From an uncultured Gemmatimonadales bacterium (GTDB taxonomy: Bacteria > Gemmatimonadota > Gemmatimonadetes > Longimicrobiales > Gaopeijiaceae), in NCBI GenBank assembly GCA_963809895.1, contig CAWELD010000004.1, positions 96,001 through 160,000 of the forward strand: a DNA stretch of 64,000 bases, given 5' to 3'. The translations under genes and the position numbers were made by a program. Position 1 is the first letter of the stretch; every line of letters starts with the position of its first letter. The notes below the pieces were generated by a model. It saw nothing but the letters and a program-made list of their open reading frames with translations, made no database searches and was not told the DNA's origin. Of this stretch, positions 46,311 to 56,615 are shown piece by piece.

Positions 46311-47810
46311 GTGAACGCCCCGTCACCCGAGTCCAGACGCCATCCGGCCCAGCGCGTGGGCCTGATTCTCGGCGCCGTGCTCTTCGTGGCGATCCTGCTG
46401 CTGCCCCCTCCATCGGGCCTCTCCGAAGCGGGCTGGCGCACGGCCGGGGTGGCGGGCCTCATGGCCGTCTGGTGGGTCACCGAGGCGGTGGCGATCCCCG
46501 TCACGGCGCTGCTTCCTCTCGTGCTCTTTCCCGCGTTGGGCGTGCTCACGGCGTCCGATGCCGCGGCGCCCTACGCCCACGAGCTCATCTTTCTCTTCAT
46601 GGGGGGATTCTTCCTCGCCGCGGCCATGGAGCGCTGGGGACTGCACCGACGTATCGCCCTGGGCATCCTGCACCGGGTCGGCACGGGGCCCGAGCGACTG
46701 GTGCTGGGCTTCATGCTGGCCACGGCCTTCCTGTCCATGTGGATTTCCAACACGGCCACCACCGCCATGATGCTCCCCATCGGCATGGCCGTGGCCGGAC
46801 TGTTCGGCGCCGAGGACGGCGGAGCGGACGGCGAGCGCCGACACAATGCTCTGGGCGTCAGCCTGATGCTGGGGATCGCCTACGCAGCGTCCATCGGCGG
46901 CGTAGCGACGCTCATCGGCACGCCGCCCAACGCCGTGCTCGCCGCGCAGGCCGACGAGCTCCTCGGCGTGCGCATCGGTTTCCTGGAGTGGATGGCGGTG
47001 GGGGTCCCGGTGGCGGTGGTGATGCTCCCCCTCACCTGGCTCCTGCTGGTCAAGCTCCTGCATCCGCCGGGTCACCTGCACGGCGACGCCGGCGCCCTCT
47101 TGGCGGAGGAGCGCGCCGCCCTCGGCCCCCGCAGCCGGGCCGAGACCACGGTGGCCGTGGTCTTCGTCCTCACAGCCCTGGCCTGGGTCTTCCGCGAGCC
47201 GAAGACCTTCGGCACCTTCACCATACCGGGGCTTCAGAGCTTCATGCCCGAGTTGCGCGACTCCACCATCGCCATGGCGGCGTCGCTGGTGCTCTTCCTG
47301 ATTCCCGTGGAGCGGGACGGCACCCGGGCCCTGGAGTGGCCCCAGGCTCGCCGGATCGCCTGGGGCGTGCTGGTGCTCTTCGGTGGAGGCCTCTCGCTGG
47401 CACGGGCCATGGACCGTTCGGGGCTCGCGGCCTGGATCGGCGAGGGGGTGCAGGGCCTGGGTCAGGTGAGCCCGGTCGTGATCGTCGGAGTCGTGGCGTT
47501 GCTTTTCGTGTTCCTCACCGAGGTCACGTCGAACACCGCCACCGCCACCATGGCCATGCCCGTGATGGCCGGTGCGGCCGCCGGGCTGGCGCTCCCCGCC
47601 CTGCCTCTCATGACCACGGCGGCGCTGGCGTCGTCCATGGCCTTCATGCTCCCGGTGGCCACGCCACCCAATGCCATCGTCTTCGGCTCGGACTACCTGA
47701 CCATTCCCATCATGGCGCGCGCCGGCTTCTTCCTGAATCTCCTCTCCGTCACCGTCGTGACCGCTGCGGTGACCTTCCTGGTTCCTCTGGCGCTGGCGAG
47801 CCTGTCATGA
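46311..47810 (+). CDS. DASS/SLC13 sodium-coupled anion (dicarboxylate) symporter
   Basis: WVTEAVAI, LSMWISNTAT, GTPPN, TEVTSNTA, MLPVATPPNAIV. Confidence 0.94.
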   Translation: MNAPSPESRRHPAQRVGLILGAVLFVAILLLPPPSGLSEAGWRTAGVAGLMAVWWVTEAVAIPVTALLPLVLFPALGVLTASDAAAPYAHELIFLFMGGFFLAAAMERWGLHRRIALGILHRVGTGPERLVLGFMLATAFLSMWISNTATTAMMLPIGMAVAGLFGAEDGGADGERRHNALGVSLMLGIAYAASIGGVATLIGTPPNAVLAAQADELLGVRIGFLEWMAVGVPVAVVMLPLTWLLLVKLLHPPGHLHGDAGALLAEERAALGPRSRAETTVAVVFVLTALAWVFREPKTFGTFTIPGLQSFMPELRDSTIAMAASLVLFLIPVERDGTRALEWPQARRIAWGVLVLFGGGLSLARAMDRSGLAAWIGEGVQGLGQVSPVVIVGVVALLFVFLTEVTSNTATATMAMPVMAGAAAGLALPALPLMTTAALASSMAFMLPVATPPNAIVFGSDYLTIPIMARAGFFLNLLSVTVVTAAVTFLVPLALASLS

Positions 47811-49096
47811 CCGACGCCCGCGTCTGGAGCCGCTATCAGCGCTACCTGTCCACGACGCCGCATCTCGTGGTGGAGTGGAACGACGCCCCCACCGGCGCCC
47901 GGGGATGGCTGGTCCTCAATTCGCTTCGGGGCGGCGCCGCGGGCGGGGGCACACGCATGCGGGCCGGCGTGACCCGCGAAGAGGTGACGTATCTGGCCAA
48001 GGCCATGGAGCTCAAGTTCGCCTTCTCCGGACCGGCCATCGGCGGTGGCAAGTCCGGCATCGCCTTCGATCCCACCGATCCCCGTCGCTCGCAGGTGCTG
48101 CGGCGCTGGTTCAAGGCCATCCACCCCTTCCTGTCCACCTGCTACGGCACCGGCGGCGACGTCAACGTGGACGAGCAGCGCGACGTGGAGCCCCTGTGCC
48201 GCGAGTTGGGCCTCGCCCACCCGCAGCAGGGGGTCGTGGTGGGCCACCTCCAGGCGCGGGGCACCGACGTGGTGCGCTCCTTCCAGAGCCTCCGCGAGGG
48301 CCTGGCGCTTCCGCTGCAGGGCTCGCGCCTGGCCGTGACCGGCACGGAGTTCCGGGTCTCGGACATGATTACCGGGTTCGGGGTGGCGCGGGCCGCGACG
48401 GGGCTGCTGGATGCGGGCGGCGACGGCCTGGAAGGCGTGCGTGCCATCGTGGAGGGTTTCGGTAACGTGGGTGCGGCCGCGGCGCTTTATCTGGCGCGGG
48501 CCGGAGCGCGCATCGTGGGAATCATCGACGCCGAGTCCGCGCTGGTCGCGCCGGAGGGACTCGGGGCCGACGAGGTCGAGGATCTGGTGCGGCGCCGGTC
48601 GGCACGCACTTTGCCCGATCATCCCCTGCGCCGTGCGGGCGAGGCCCGCTTCGAGGTCTATGGCGTGAGCGCGGACCTCCTGGTGCCCGCCGCGATCTCC
48701 GGATCCCTGGATCGCCCGCGCCTCGAGAAGATGCGCGGCGGCGGCGTCCGTTGGATCGTGTGCGGCGCGAACCAGCCCTTCCGGGAGCTTCGTCTGGGCG
48801 ATACCCGAACCCAGGAATGGGCCGATGGTGTATTCGGAATCGTGCCCGACGTGGTCGGGAGTCTCGGGATGGCACGGGCCTTCGCGCATCTGATGTCGGG
48901 AGGCGCGGCGGCACGTCCCGACGACGTCTTCGCTGCCGTGGGCGAGGTGATGGACGATGCGCTCGCCCGGGTGGTGGAGCGCGCCGGGACCGTGGGACCC
49001 GGGCTCCTGGCCGCCGCCGTGGACCTCGCCATGGACCGCACGGGGTTCGACGGCACCGGGAGCAAGAGCGGCCACGCCGGAGTGGATGTGGCCTGA
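47807..49096 (+). CDS. Glu/Leu/Phe/Val dehydrogenase family protein
   Basis: GGGTRM, MELKF, GGGKSGI, EGFGNVG, CGAN; ATGA overlap. Confidence 0.9.
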   Translation: MTDARVWSRYQRYLSTTPHLVVEWNDAPTGARGWLVLNSLRGGAAGGGTRMRAGVTREEVTYLAKAMELKFAFSGPAIGGGKSGIAFDPTDPRRSQVLRRWFKAIHPFLSTCYGTGGDVNVDEQRDVEPLCRELGLAHPQQGVVVGHLQARGTDVVRSFQSLREGLALPLQGSRLAVTGTEFRVSDMITGFGVARAATGLLDAGGDGLEGVRAIVEGFGNVGAAAALYLARAGARIVGIIDAESALVAPEGLGADEVEDLVRRRSARTLPDHPLRRAGEARFEVYGVSADLLVPAAISGSLDRPRLEKMRGGGVRWIVCGANQPFRELRLGDTRTQEWADGVFGIVPDVVGSLGMARAFAHLMSGGAAARPDDVFAAVGEVMDDALARVVERAGTVGPGLLAAAVDLAMDRTGFDGTGSKSGHAGVDVA

Positions 49097-49124
49097 ACGG
49101 TCGACATCCAATCGAGGTCATTGC

Positions 49125-52100
49125 ATGGGCGGTGCGTACCGAACCGGGCTGATGGGGATCCTGCTGTCGGCCGGCCTGCTGGCCGGCTGCGGAGACAGCG
49201 GCTCCAATCCCGGCCCCCAGCCCACGACGATTCGCATCACGCCGTCCGCCGTGAGCTTCGACGCCGTGGGCGCCACCGCCACCCTCACGGTCCAGGTCCT
49301 GGACCAGGACGGCACCGCCCTGCCCGGCGCCGCCGTGACGTGGAGCTCCGACGATCAGGGCGTCGCCACGGTCACCACCGCCGGTATCGTCACGTCACGG
49401 GGCAACGGCACGGCCCACCTGTCGGCCCGCTCGGGCGATGCCGTCGGTACGACCACCGTCACGGTGGCGCAGGTAGGTGAGGCCCTGGCCGAGTCCGGGG
49501 GTGCCGACCAGGTCGGGCCCGCGGGCGTGGCGCTCTCCATGCCGCTGCAGGTACGCGCTACCGACCGGCTCGGCGCCGTCGCGGTCGGCGTCCCGGTGAC
49601 CTTCGAGGTCACCGAGGGCGAGGGCAGCGTGAGCCCGGCCACCGCCGCCACCGACGCCCAGGGCGTGGCGTCCAGCATCTGGACGCTGGGCCCCGACGCA
49701 TCCGGGTCCCAGCGCGTGCGCAGCCGCCTGTCTTCGGGCGACTTCGTGGACTTCACGGCCGACGCGGTTCCCGGCCCCCCCGATGCGCTGGCGGTCGTCA
49801 CCGGTGACCAGCAGACGGCGCCACGGAGCACGGCCCTCACCCAGCCGTTGACCCTGCGGGTGGCCGACGCCTTCGACAATCCCGTGGCGGGTGCCACGGT
49901 GGACTTCGCCGTCACCGCCGGAACCGGCAGCGTGTCGCCCACCACGACCCAGACCGACGCCGACGGCAACGCCGCGGCCGCCTGGACGCTGGGGCCGGAG
50001 ATCGGCGAGCAGTCGGTGGAGGCCACGGTAGGCGACGTCCACCTGGCGTTCACCGCCACCGCCACCACCGAGCCCGCGGCGCTGGAGCTGTCCGGGGGCC
50101 AGAGCCAGACGGCCACGGTGGCAAGCGACGTGCCGGTGGCTCCCACCGTGCGGGTGCTGGACGCCGCCGACCTGCCGGTGCCCGGGGTGGAGGTCACCTT
50201 CCGGGTGACCGCCGGGGGTGGCTCCGTGGCCGCCGGCGCCGCGGCGCCCCCTGGCCTCTCCGACGCGAACGGCGACGAGATCACGGTGCAGACCGACGAC
50301 CAGGGCGAGGCGTCGGCCGTCTGGACGCTCGGTACCGGCGCGGGCGCCCAGTCGCTCGAGGCCTCGGTGGCCAACGTGGGCTCGGTGGTCTTCAACGCCC
50401 AGGCCACGGCAGGGGCGCCCGCCTCGTTGACCGTGGTGTCCGGCGACGCCCAGAGCGGTGCGCCGGCGTCGACGCTGGCCCAGGCCGTGGTGGTGGAGGT
50501 GGACGACGGCTTCGGCAACCCCGTCCAGGGCGTCTCGGTGGGCTTCGCCGTCACCGGTGGCGGCGGCTCGCTCACCCCGGCCTCGGTCACCACCGGGCCC
50601 GACGGCCGCGCCGCGGCGAGCTGGACCCTGGGGCCTTCCAATGGACCCCAGGCGGGAGAGGCCACGGCGGGTGACCTCCAGGCCACCTTCTCCGCCACCG
50701 CCCAGACCGTGCCCGCGGCCCTGGTGATTCTGGCCGGCAACGGACAGGACGTCACCGTGGGCACCGACGCCGTGCCTCCGTCGGTACGGGTGGACGACGC
50801 CGGCGGAAACCGCCTGGGCGGCGTGACCGTGACCTTTCAGGTGACCCAGGGAACCAGCACGCTCACCGAGGGCGCGAACTCGGGCACCGCGGTGACCGCC
50901 GTCACCGACGCCTCGGGAATCGCCACCCTGGACGCCTGGAGCATCGGCACCGTCGCGGGGGTGCAGCAGGTCACCGTCTCGGTCTCCGGGGTCGCGCCCC
51001 GCATCGTGTCGGCCACGGCCAGGGCCGGCGCCGCAGCCGCCTTCGTCAAGGTATCCGGCGACGGCCAGACCGGGCCGGCGAGCTCGTCGCTTCCGCAGCC
51101 CGTGGTGGTGCGGGTCGAAGACACCTGGGGCAATCCCAAGTCGGGTGTCTCGGTGACCTTCACCCCCGGCAGCGGCTCCGTGCTTCCCGCGAGCTCCGTC
51201 ACCAACGCGCAGGGGCAGGCCCAGACGCTGTGGACGCTGGGCTCGTCGCAGGGCACGCAGTTCCTGTCGGCCACCACCGGCGGCCTCGCGCCCCTGAACT
51301 TCTCGGCTACCGCCACGCCCGGTGGCGGCGGGGCGTACAGCATCGAGCTCCAGTACCTCACCGCCGTGCCTGCGAGCCAGCAGACGGCCTTCGAATCCGC
51401 CGCCAACCGCTGGAGCGGCATCATCACCGGCGACCTGCCCGACGTGTCGATGACGGCCGACGGCCAACACGTGCGGGGACGGATCGCCGGCCATGAGCGC
51501 CCGGCTGGTGGACGACCTGCTGGTCTTCATCACGGTGGAGCCCATCGACGGGGTCGGCAGCATCCTCGGGCAGGCCGGCCCCTGCTTCGTGCGTAGCGGC
51601 AGCACGCTCACCGTGGTGGGCCGCATGATCTTCGACGAGGCCGACGTCGACAACATGGAGTCCAACGGCACCCTCACCGACGTCATCACCCACGAGCTGG
51701 GCCACATCCTGGGCATCGGCTCGCTGTGGGACGCCTTCGGGCTGCTGCAGGACCCGTCGCTGGTCACCCCGGGAGCCGACACCTACTTCAGCGGCACCCA
51801 GGCCATCAGCGCCTTCGACGGCGTGGGCGGGGCGAGCTACGTGGGCAACAAGGTGCCGGTGGAGAACCAGCAGGGGGGGTCGGGCACCAAGGACTCGCAC
51901 TGGCGTGAGAGCGTCTTCGACAACGAGCTCATGACCGGCTTCATCAACAGCGGCGCCAACCCGCTGAGCGCCGTGACCATCGCCTCATTGGCCGACCTGG
52001 GCTACACCGTGGATCTGGGCCAGGCGGACAGCTACACGCTGCCCTCGCTGGCTCCGCCGCCCCCGTCGGCCGAGATCCGCCCGAGCATCCAGCTCGTGCG

Positions 52101-52170
52101 AGACCAGCTGGGGGGCCCGGTCTACGTGGTGGACTCGCGGGGCCGTGTGCTGGGGGTCATCCCCCGCTGA
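49125..52170 (+). pseudogene. Ig-repeat lipoprotein with C-terminal leishmanolysin-like (M8) metalloprotease, frameshifted at about 51452-51465
   Basis: Lipobox LLAGC; one Big_2-like plus six invasin-like repeats; HELGHILG, SHW, NELMTG in the +1 frame. Confidence 0.82.
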
Positions 52171-52210
52171 GCCGAGGGCGAACAGGCGACCGGCCTGGCA
52201 GCCCACCCCG

Positions 52211-53194
52211 TCAGGCCTGGAGTTGCGCCAGCGCCCGCCGCACGTAGACCGGCACCATGGCCCGCCGCCAGTCCGGATCCAGGGTGATGTTCTCCAGGGG
52301 ATGGCACTGCTGGTGGGCGCGCTGGGCCAGGGCCTCCAACACCTCTTCGTCCAACGGACGCCCCTCCGCCAGCTCACCCCACCCCGTGAGCTCGCGAGGG
52401 CGCGAGCCCAGCCCGGTCACCACGCCCCGCAGGTCGCGCACGACCCCGTCGCCGTCCAGCGATCCGGCCACGGCCACGGTGAGCAGCGGAAAGTCGATGG
52501 AGCGGCGCTGGCGGAGCTTGGCGTACCCCATGCGCACCTCCGGACCGGGAACCGGCACCCGGATGCGGGTCACCAACTCGCCCGGCTCCCGGCGGCTGTT
52601 CCAGATCCCGTCGGCCACGAAGAAGTCGTCGACGGACAGGGTGCGCCTGCCCTCGGGGCCCTCCAGGTCGACCTCGGCGTTGAGCGTCATGAGCACCGGC
52701 GGTGTGTCGGCCGAGTGGGCGGCGACGCACTTGCGGCCCACCCTGGTCACGTGGCAGACCTCGCCGTCCTTCTTGAGGCAGTAGCCCAGGGCCCCCCGCC
52801 AGAACTCGGTCTGGTTGTAATACGTGCAGCGGGTGTCCAGGCACAGGTTGCCGCCCAGGGTGCCACGATTCCTGAGCTGGGGGCCCGCCACGTGGCCGGC
52901 GGCCTCGGCCAGCGCCGGCAGGTGCCGACGCACCAGGGGATCGCCGGCGACCGTGGCCAGCGTCTCGCCGGCGCCCAGCACGATCTCATCCCCCTCGCGA
53001 CGAATCCCCCGCATCTCTTCGATCCCCCCGAGCGCCACCAGGTGGCCGGGCTCGAAGAGCCGGTGCTTCATGTTCGGCACCAGATCGGTTCCGCCCGCCA
53101 CCGGCAGTGCGTCGCCGGCGTGCTCACCGAGGAGCTCCACGGCCTCACGCACGGTGGCCGGGCGATGATAGCGGAAGGGCGGAAGGCGAAGCAT
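52211..53194 (-). CDS. hcrB: 4-hydroxybenzoyl-CoA reductase-like FAD/[4Fe-4S] subunit (beta)
   Basis: AGGTDL, QLRNRGTLGGN, insert with C-X15-C-X7-C-X8-C characteristic of HcrB. Confidence 0.82.
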   Translation of the reverse strand: MLRLPPFRYHRPATVREAVELLGEHAGDALPVAGGTDLVPNMKHRLFEPGHLVALGGIEEMRGIRREGDEIVLGAGETLATVAGDPLVRRHLPALAEAAGHVAGPQLRNRGTLGGNLCLDTRCTYYNQTEFWRGALGYCLKKDGEVCHVTRVGRKCVAAHSADTPPVLMTLNAEVDLEGPEGRRTLSVDDFFVADGIWNSRREPGELVTRIRVPVPGPEVRMGYAKLRQRRSIDFPLLTVAVAGSLDGDGVVRDLRGVVTGLGSRPRELTGWGELAEGRPLDEEVLEALAQRAHQQCHPLENITLDPDWRRAMVPVYVRRALAQLQA

Positions 53195-53198
53195 GATT

Positions 53199-54200
53199 CT
53201 AGAATACCGATTCGTCTACGCGAGCCACCATGATGCCGTCCTGGCCCGAGATCCCCTGAATTCTCAAGGCCAACGGGACATCCGAGATCTGGACCGCCTT
53301 GCCCACCAGCGGGGCGTGGATGAGGTAGAGCTGGCCGTCCATCCAGAAGGCGAGGCCGGTGTGGGCGACGTCCAGTCCCGGCACGCTGGAGGTGGCCGCG
53401 ATGACGTCACCGTCATGGATTCCGGCGGCGGCCCCCTCCACCCGGTCTTCGGGCAGGTAGATGCGCGGGCCGGCGGCGTTGAGGCGCGACTCCACGGCCC
53501 GGATCGAGTCCAACATGCCCGGCTCCGCGAGCTGACGGTACGCATCGGGATGCGTGGACATGAAGTCGATGGGCTCGGCGTCCGGCACCCCGCCCAGATC
53601 GGCGGTGATGACGTGCAGGAGGCCACGGGCCTGGTTGTCGGCCAGCCATTCGGAGAAGTAGTGCAGGCGGCTGGGATAGCCGGACAGCACGCCACCGCGG
53701 TAGCGGAGGTCCCGCAGGTAGCCCTCGTACGTCCGCCGGGCCGCCGCCGGATCCGCCAGGGCAGCCACGCCCTGATGGCGGGCGAAGCGGGTCAACGCCA
53801 GGACGTTCTCCACGAAGGTGACGCAGTCCAGCTCCCGGAGATCCACCACCAGATGCTCCGGGCCCGGCGCCTCGAGGGTTCCCGGCACGTAGGTGGTGCC
53901 CACGAAGGTGCGGGCGAGCCGGGCGATGGCGGTCCCGGCGGGCAGGGTGTCCAGCCCCTGCTCTCCGGCCCACCGGATCTTGTCCTGGAAGATCTCCCAG
54001 TCCCGACGGGTCCAGTTGGTGCCCGGGATCGTGTCCAGGGCGGGATCCTTCGTGGCGGACTCGGCGCCGGCGGGGGCCGCCACGGCCGCGCCCACGTCCG
54101 CCCCGGCCCCGTCGTCGCCTTGCCGCTGCAGGTAGCTGCGCACCCCCATGGCGATGACCACGACGGCCACCAGGGCCACGGCGCGACGCACGGTGAGCAT
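53199..54200 (-). CDS. DUF1460 N-acetylmuramoyl-L-alanine amidase-like protein (NlpC/P60 superfamily)
   Basis: N-terminal hydrophobic anchor; FVGTTYVPGTLE, ELDCVTFVE, RLHYFSEW, GLDVAHTG, LIHA, GIMVAR. Confidence 0.88.
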   Translation of the reverse strand: MLTVRRAVALVAVVVIAMGVRSYLQRQGDDGAGADVGAAVAAPAGAESATKDPALDTIPGTNWTRRDWEIFQDKIRWAGEQGLDTLPAGTAIARLARTFVGTTYVPGTLEAPGPEHLVVDLRELDCVTFVENVLALTRFARHQGVAALADPAAARRTYEGYLRDLRYRGGVLSGYPSRLHYFSEWLADNQARGLLHVITADLGGVPDAEPIDFMSTHPDAYRQLAEPGMLDSIRAVESRLNAAGPRIYLPEDRVEGAAAGIHDGDVIAATSSVPGLDVAHTGLAFWMDGQLYLIHAPLVGKAVQISDVPLALRIQGISGQDGIMVARVDESVF

Positions 54201-54203
54201 GGG

Positions 54204-56615
54204 TCAGTCCCCCGGAAGCGCGGCAGGACGGGCCTGCGCCGGGGCGGCGGGCTTGCGGATCCCACCGTGCTGCCGCGCCTCCTCCAGGGCCCGCCACACG
54301 CGCGGCGGCGAGAAAGGTAGAACGTTCATTCTGATTCCGGCCGCGTCGTAGATGGCGTTGGCGATGGCGGGAATGGACGGATGCAGGGGACCCTCGCCGG
54401 CTTCCTTGGCCCCGTAGGGCCCCTCCGGGTCGATGGACTCCACGATGAGCGATTCCAGCTCCGGCGTGTCCAGGCTCGTGGGAATCCGATAGTCCAGCAG
54501 CGACGGGGCGTTGTGCAGCCCGGCCCGCCCGTGGTCCGCGTCCTTGAACACATGCTCCTCCATGATGGCCTCCGCCGCGCCCATGTAGGCCGAGCCCTCC
54601 ATCTGACCTTCCACCAGGACCGGGTTCAGGGCCCGTCCGCAGTCGTGGGCCACCCAGATCTTGCGCACGTCCACGAATCCCGTGTCCAGATCCACCTCCA
54701 CCTCGGCCACGTGGGCCGTGAACGAGTACGCCGGGCTGGCTCCGATGGTGCCGCCCCGGTAGTCCCCGTGGATGTCCTTGGGCGTGTTGTACGAGCCCGT
54801 GGCTCCCAGCGTGCCGAAGCGCGCCTCCGCCAGGTTGAACGCCTCGCGGATGGGCATCTTGCGCGCCGTGTCGCCGGCGAACAGGGCCCAGCCGCCGGCC
54901 AGCAGCACCTGCGACGGCTCGACCTCCCACTCCGCGGCCACGGCCTGGCGCACCTGCGTCTTGAGCTTGGCACAGGCGTCCAGACAGGCGTTGCCCAGCA
55001 TGAAGGTCACCCGCGACGAGTAGGCGCCCAGATCCACCGGCGTGAAATCCGTGTCGCCCCGGTAGACCCGCACGTGCTCCAGCGGCACGCCCAGCTCCTC
55101 GGCGGCAATGTACGCCACCACCGAGTCCGTGCCCTGGCCGATCTCGCTGGCGCCGCTGAACACCGCGACCCGTCCGGACCGATCCACCTGGATCTGCACC
55201 CCGGACTGGGGCATGTCGTTGGGGTAGATCGGGTAGTTGGTACCGGAGATGTACGTGGACCCCGCAACGCCAACGCCAAGTCCGACTGGCATTTGGCGGA
55301 ATTTGTCCTTCCAGCCGGACGCCCGCTCGACCGCGTCCAGACACTCCAGGAAACCGTTGGAGGTCACCCGCAACTCGTTGACCGTGCGGGTGTTCTCGCC
55401 CAGGAAGTTCCGGCGCCGCAGCTCCATGGGATCCAGTCCGACCCGCTCGGCCAGCTTGTCGAGCTGCACCTCGAAGGCGAAGCGGGGCTGCACGGAGCCG
55501 TGGCCGCGCTTGGGCCCGCACGCCGGCTTGTTGGTGTAGACGCGCACCGAGTCGAACCGGTAGGTGGGCATGTCGTAGGGCGCGGTGAGCAGCTGACCCG
55601 AGTAGTAGGTGGTCACCAGACCGAACGACGCGTAGGCGCCCCCGTCGAGGATGATCTCGGCGTCCACCGCGGTGAGGCGCCCATCAGGGGTCATCCCCGT
55701 GCGGTAGCGCATGTGAAACGGGTGGCGCCCGCGATGCGAGTAGAAGACCTCTTCGCGGGTGTAGAGGATCTTCACGGGGCGCCCGGTGCGGCGCGCCAGC
55801 TCCGCGACGCAGAACTCCAGGTCGAAGGGCTCGCTCTTGCCGCCGAAGGCTCCTCCCACCGGCGGCTGCAGCACCCGCACCTTGGCCGGGTCGATGTCCA
55901 GGACCCGGGCCAGCTCCCGATGCAGATAGTGCGGGACCTGGGTCGAGGACCACACGGTGAGCTTGCCGTCGCCTTCGTAGAGCCCGATGGCGCAGTGGGG
56001 CTCGATGGGGGCGTGGGTGGTGCCCTCGAAGTAGTAGTCGTCCTCCACCACGACCTCGGAGCTTGCCAGCGCCTCGTCCACCTCGCCGAACTCGAGGCGC
56101 ACCTTCTTGGTGATGTTGCCGTTCCATCCTTCCTTGCGCGGCGGATGGATGTAGTCACCGGCCTCGTAGGTGCCTTCGGCCTCCAGCGCCGCCCGCGGAT
56201 CCAGCCACGCCGGCAGCTCCTGGTAGTCCACCTCGATGAGGTCCAGGGCCCGGATGGCCGTATCCTCGTCCACGGCCGCCACCGCCGCCACCCCGTCGCC
56301 GATGTAGCGCACACGGTCCAGGGCCAGCGGATATTCGTCGGGCGTCCAGGGAATGATCCCGTACATCACCGGCATGTCGCGGCCCGTGACGACGGCGTGC
56401 ACTCCCTCGAGCGCCTCGGCGGCGGAGGTGTCGACGGAGAGGATGCGGGCGTGGGGATGCGGGCTCCTGAGGATCTTTCCGTGCAGCATGCCCGGGAGCC
56501 GCACGTCGTCGGTGTAGAGCGCCCGTCCGGTGGACTTGGCCAGGCCGTCGACCTTGCGCATGCGCGTACCGATCAACTGCAAGTCCGACTTACGGTTACG
56601 GCCTTCGCCGCTCAC
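54204..56615 (-). CDS. hcrA: 4-hydroxybenzoyl-CoA reductase-like molybdopterin subunit (alpha), xanthine oxidase family
   Basis: STQVPHY, GGAFGGK, HRGRH, RGHG, EIGQG, YSSRVT, GAKEAGEG; GTGA overlap with hcrC. Confidence 0.8.
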   Translation of the reverse strand: MSGEGRNRKSDLQLIGTRMRKVDGLAKSTGRALYTDDVRLPGMLHGKILRSPHPHARILSVDTSAAEALEGVHAVVTGRDMPVMYGIIPWTPDEYPLALDRVRYIGDGVAAVAAVDEDTAIRALDLIEVDYQELPAWLDPRAALEAEGTYEAGDYIHPPRKEGWNGNITKKVRLEFGEVDEALASSEVVVEDDYYFEGTTHAPIEPHCAIGLYEGDGKLTVWSSTQVPHYLHRELARVLDIDPAKVRVLQPPVGGAFGGKSEPFDLEFCVAELARRTGRPVKILYTREEVFYSHRGRHPFHMRYRTGMTPDGRLTAVDAEIILDGGAYASFGLVTTYYSGQLLTAPYDMPTYRFDSVRVYTNKPACGPKRGHGSVQPRFAFEVQLDKLAERVGLDPMELRRRNFLGENTRTVNELRVTSNGFLECLDAVERASGWKDKFRQMPVGLGVGVAGSTYISGTNYPIYPNDMPQSGVQIQVDRSGRVAVFSGASEIGQGTDSVVAYIAAEELGVPLEHVRVYRGDTDFTPVDLGAYSSRVTFMLGNACLDACAKLKTQVRQAVAAEWEVEPSQVLLAGGWALFAGDTARKMPIREAFNLAEARFGTLGATGSYNTPKDIHGDYRGGTIGASPAYSFTAHVAEVEVDLDTGFVDVRKIWVAHDCGRALNPVLVEGQMEGSAYMGAAEAIMEEHVFKDADHGRAGLHNAPSLLDYRIPTSLDTPELESLIVESIDPEGPYGAKEAGEGPLHPSIPAIANAIYDAAGIRMNVLPFSPPRVWRALEEARQHGGIRKPAAPAQARPAALPGD

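Noticed and set aside
49480..51320. Repeated DNA segments resembling an array
   Set aside because: They are degenerate coding repeats of Ig-like domains, not CRISPR or DGR repeats.
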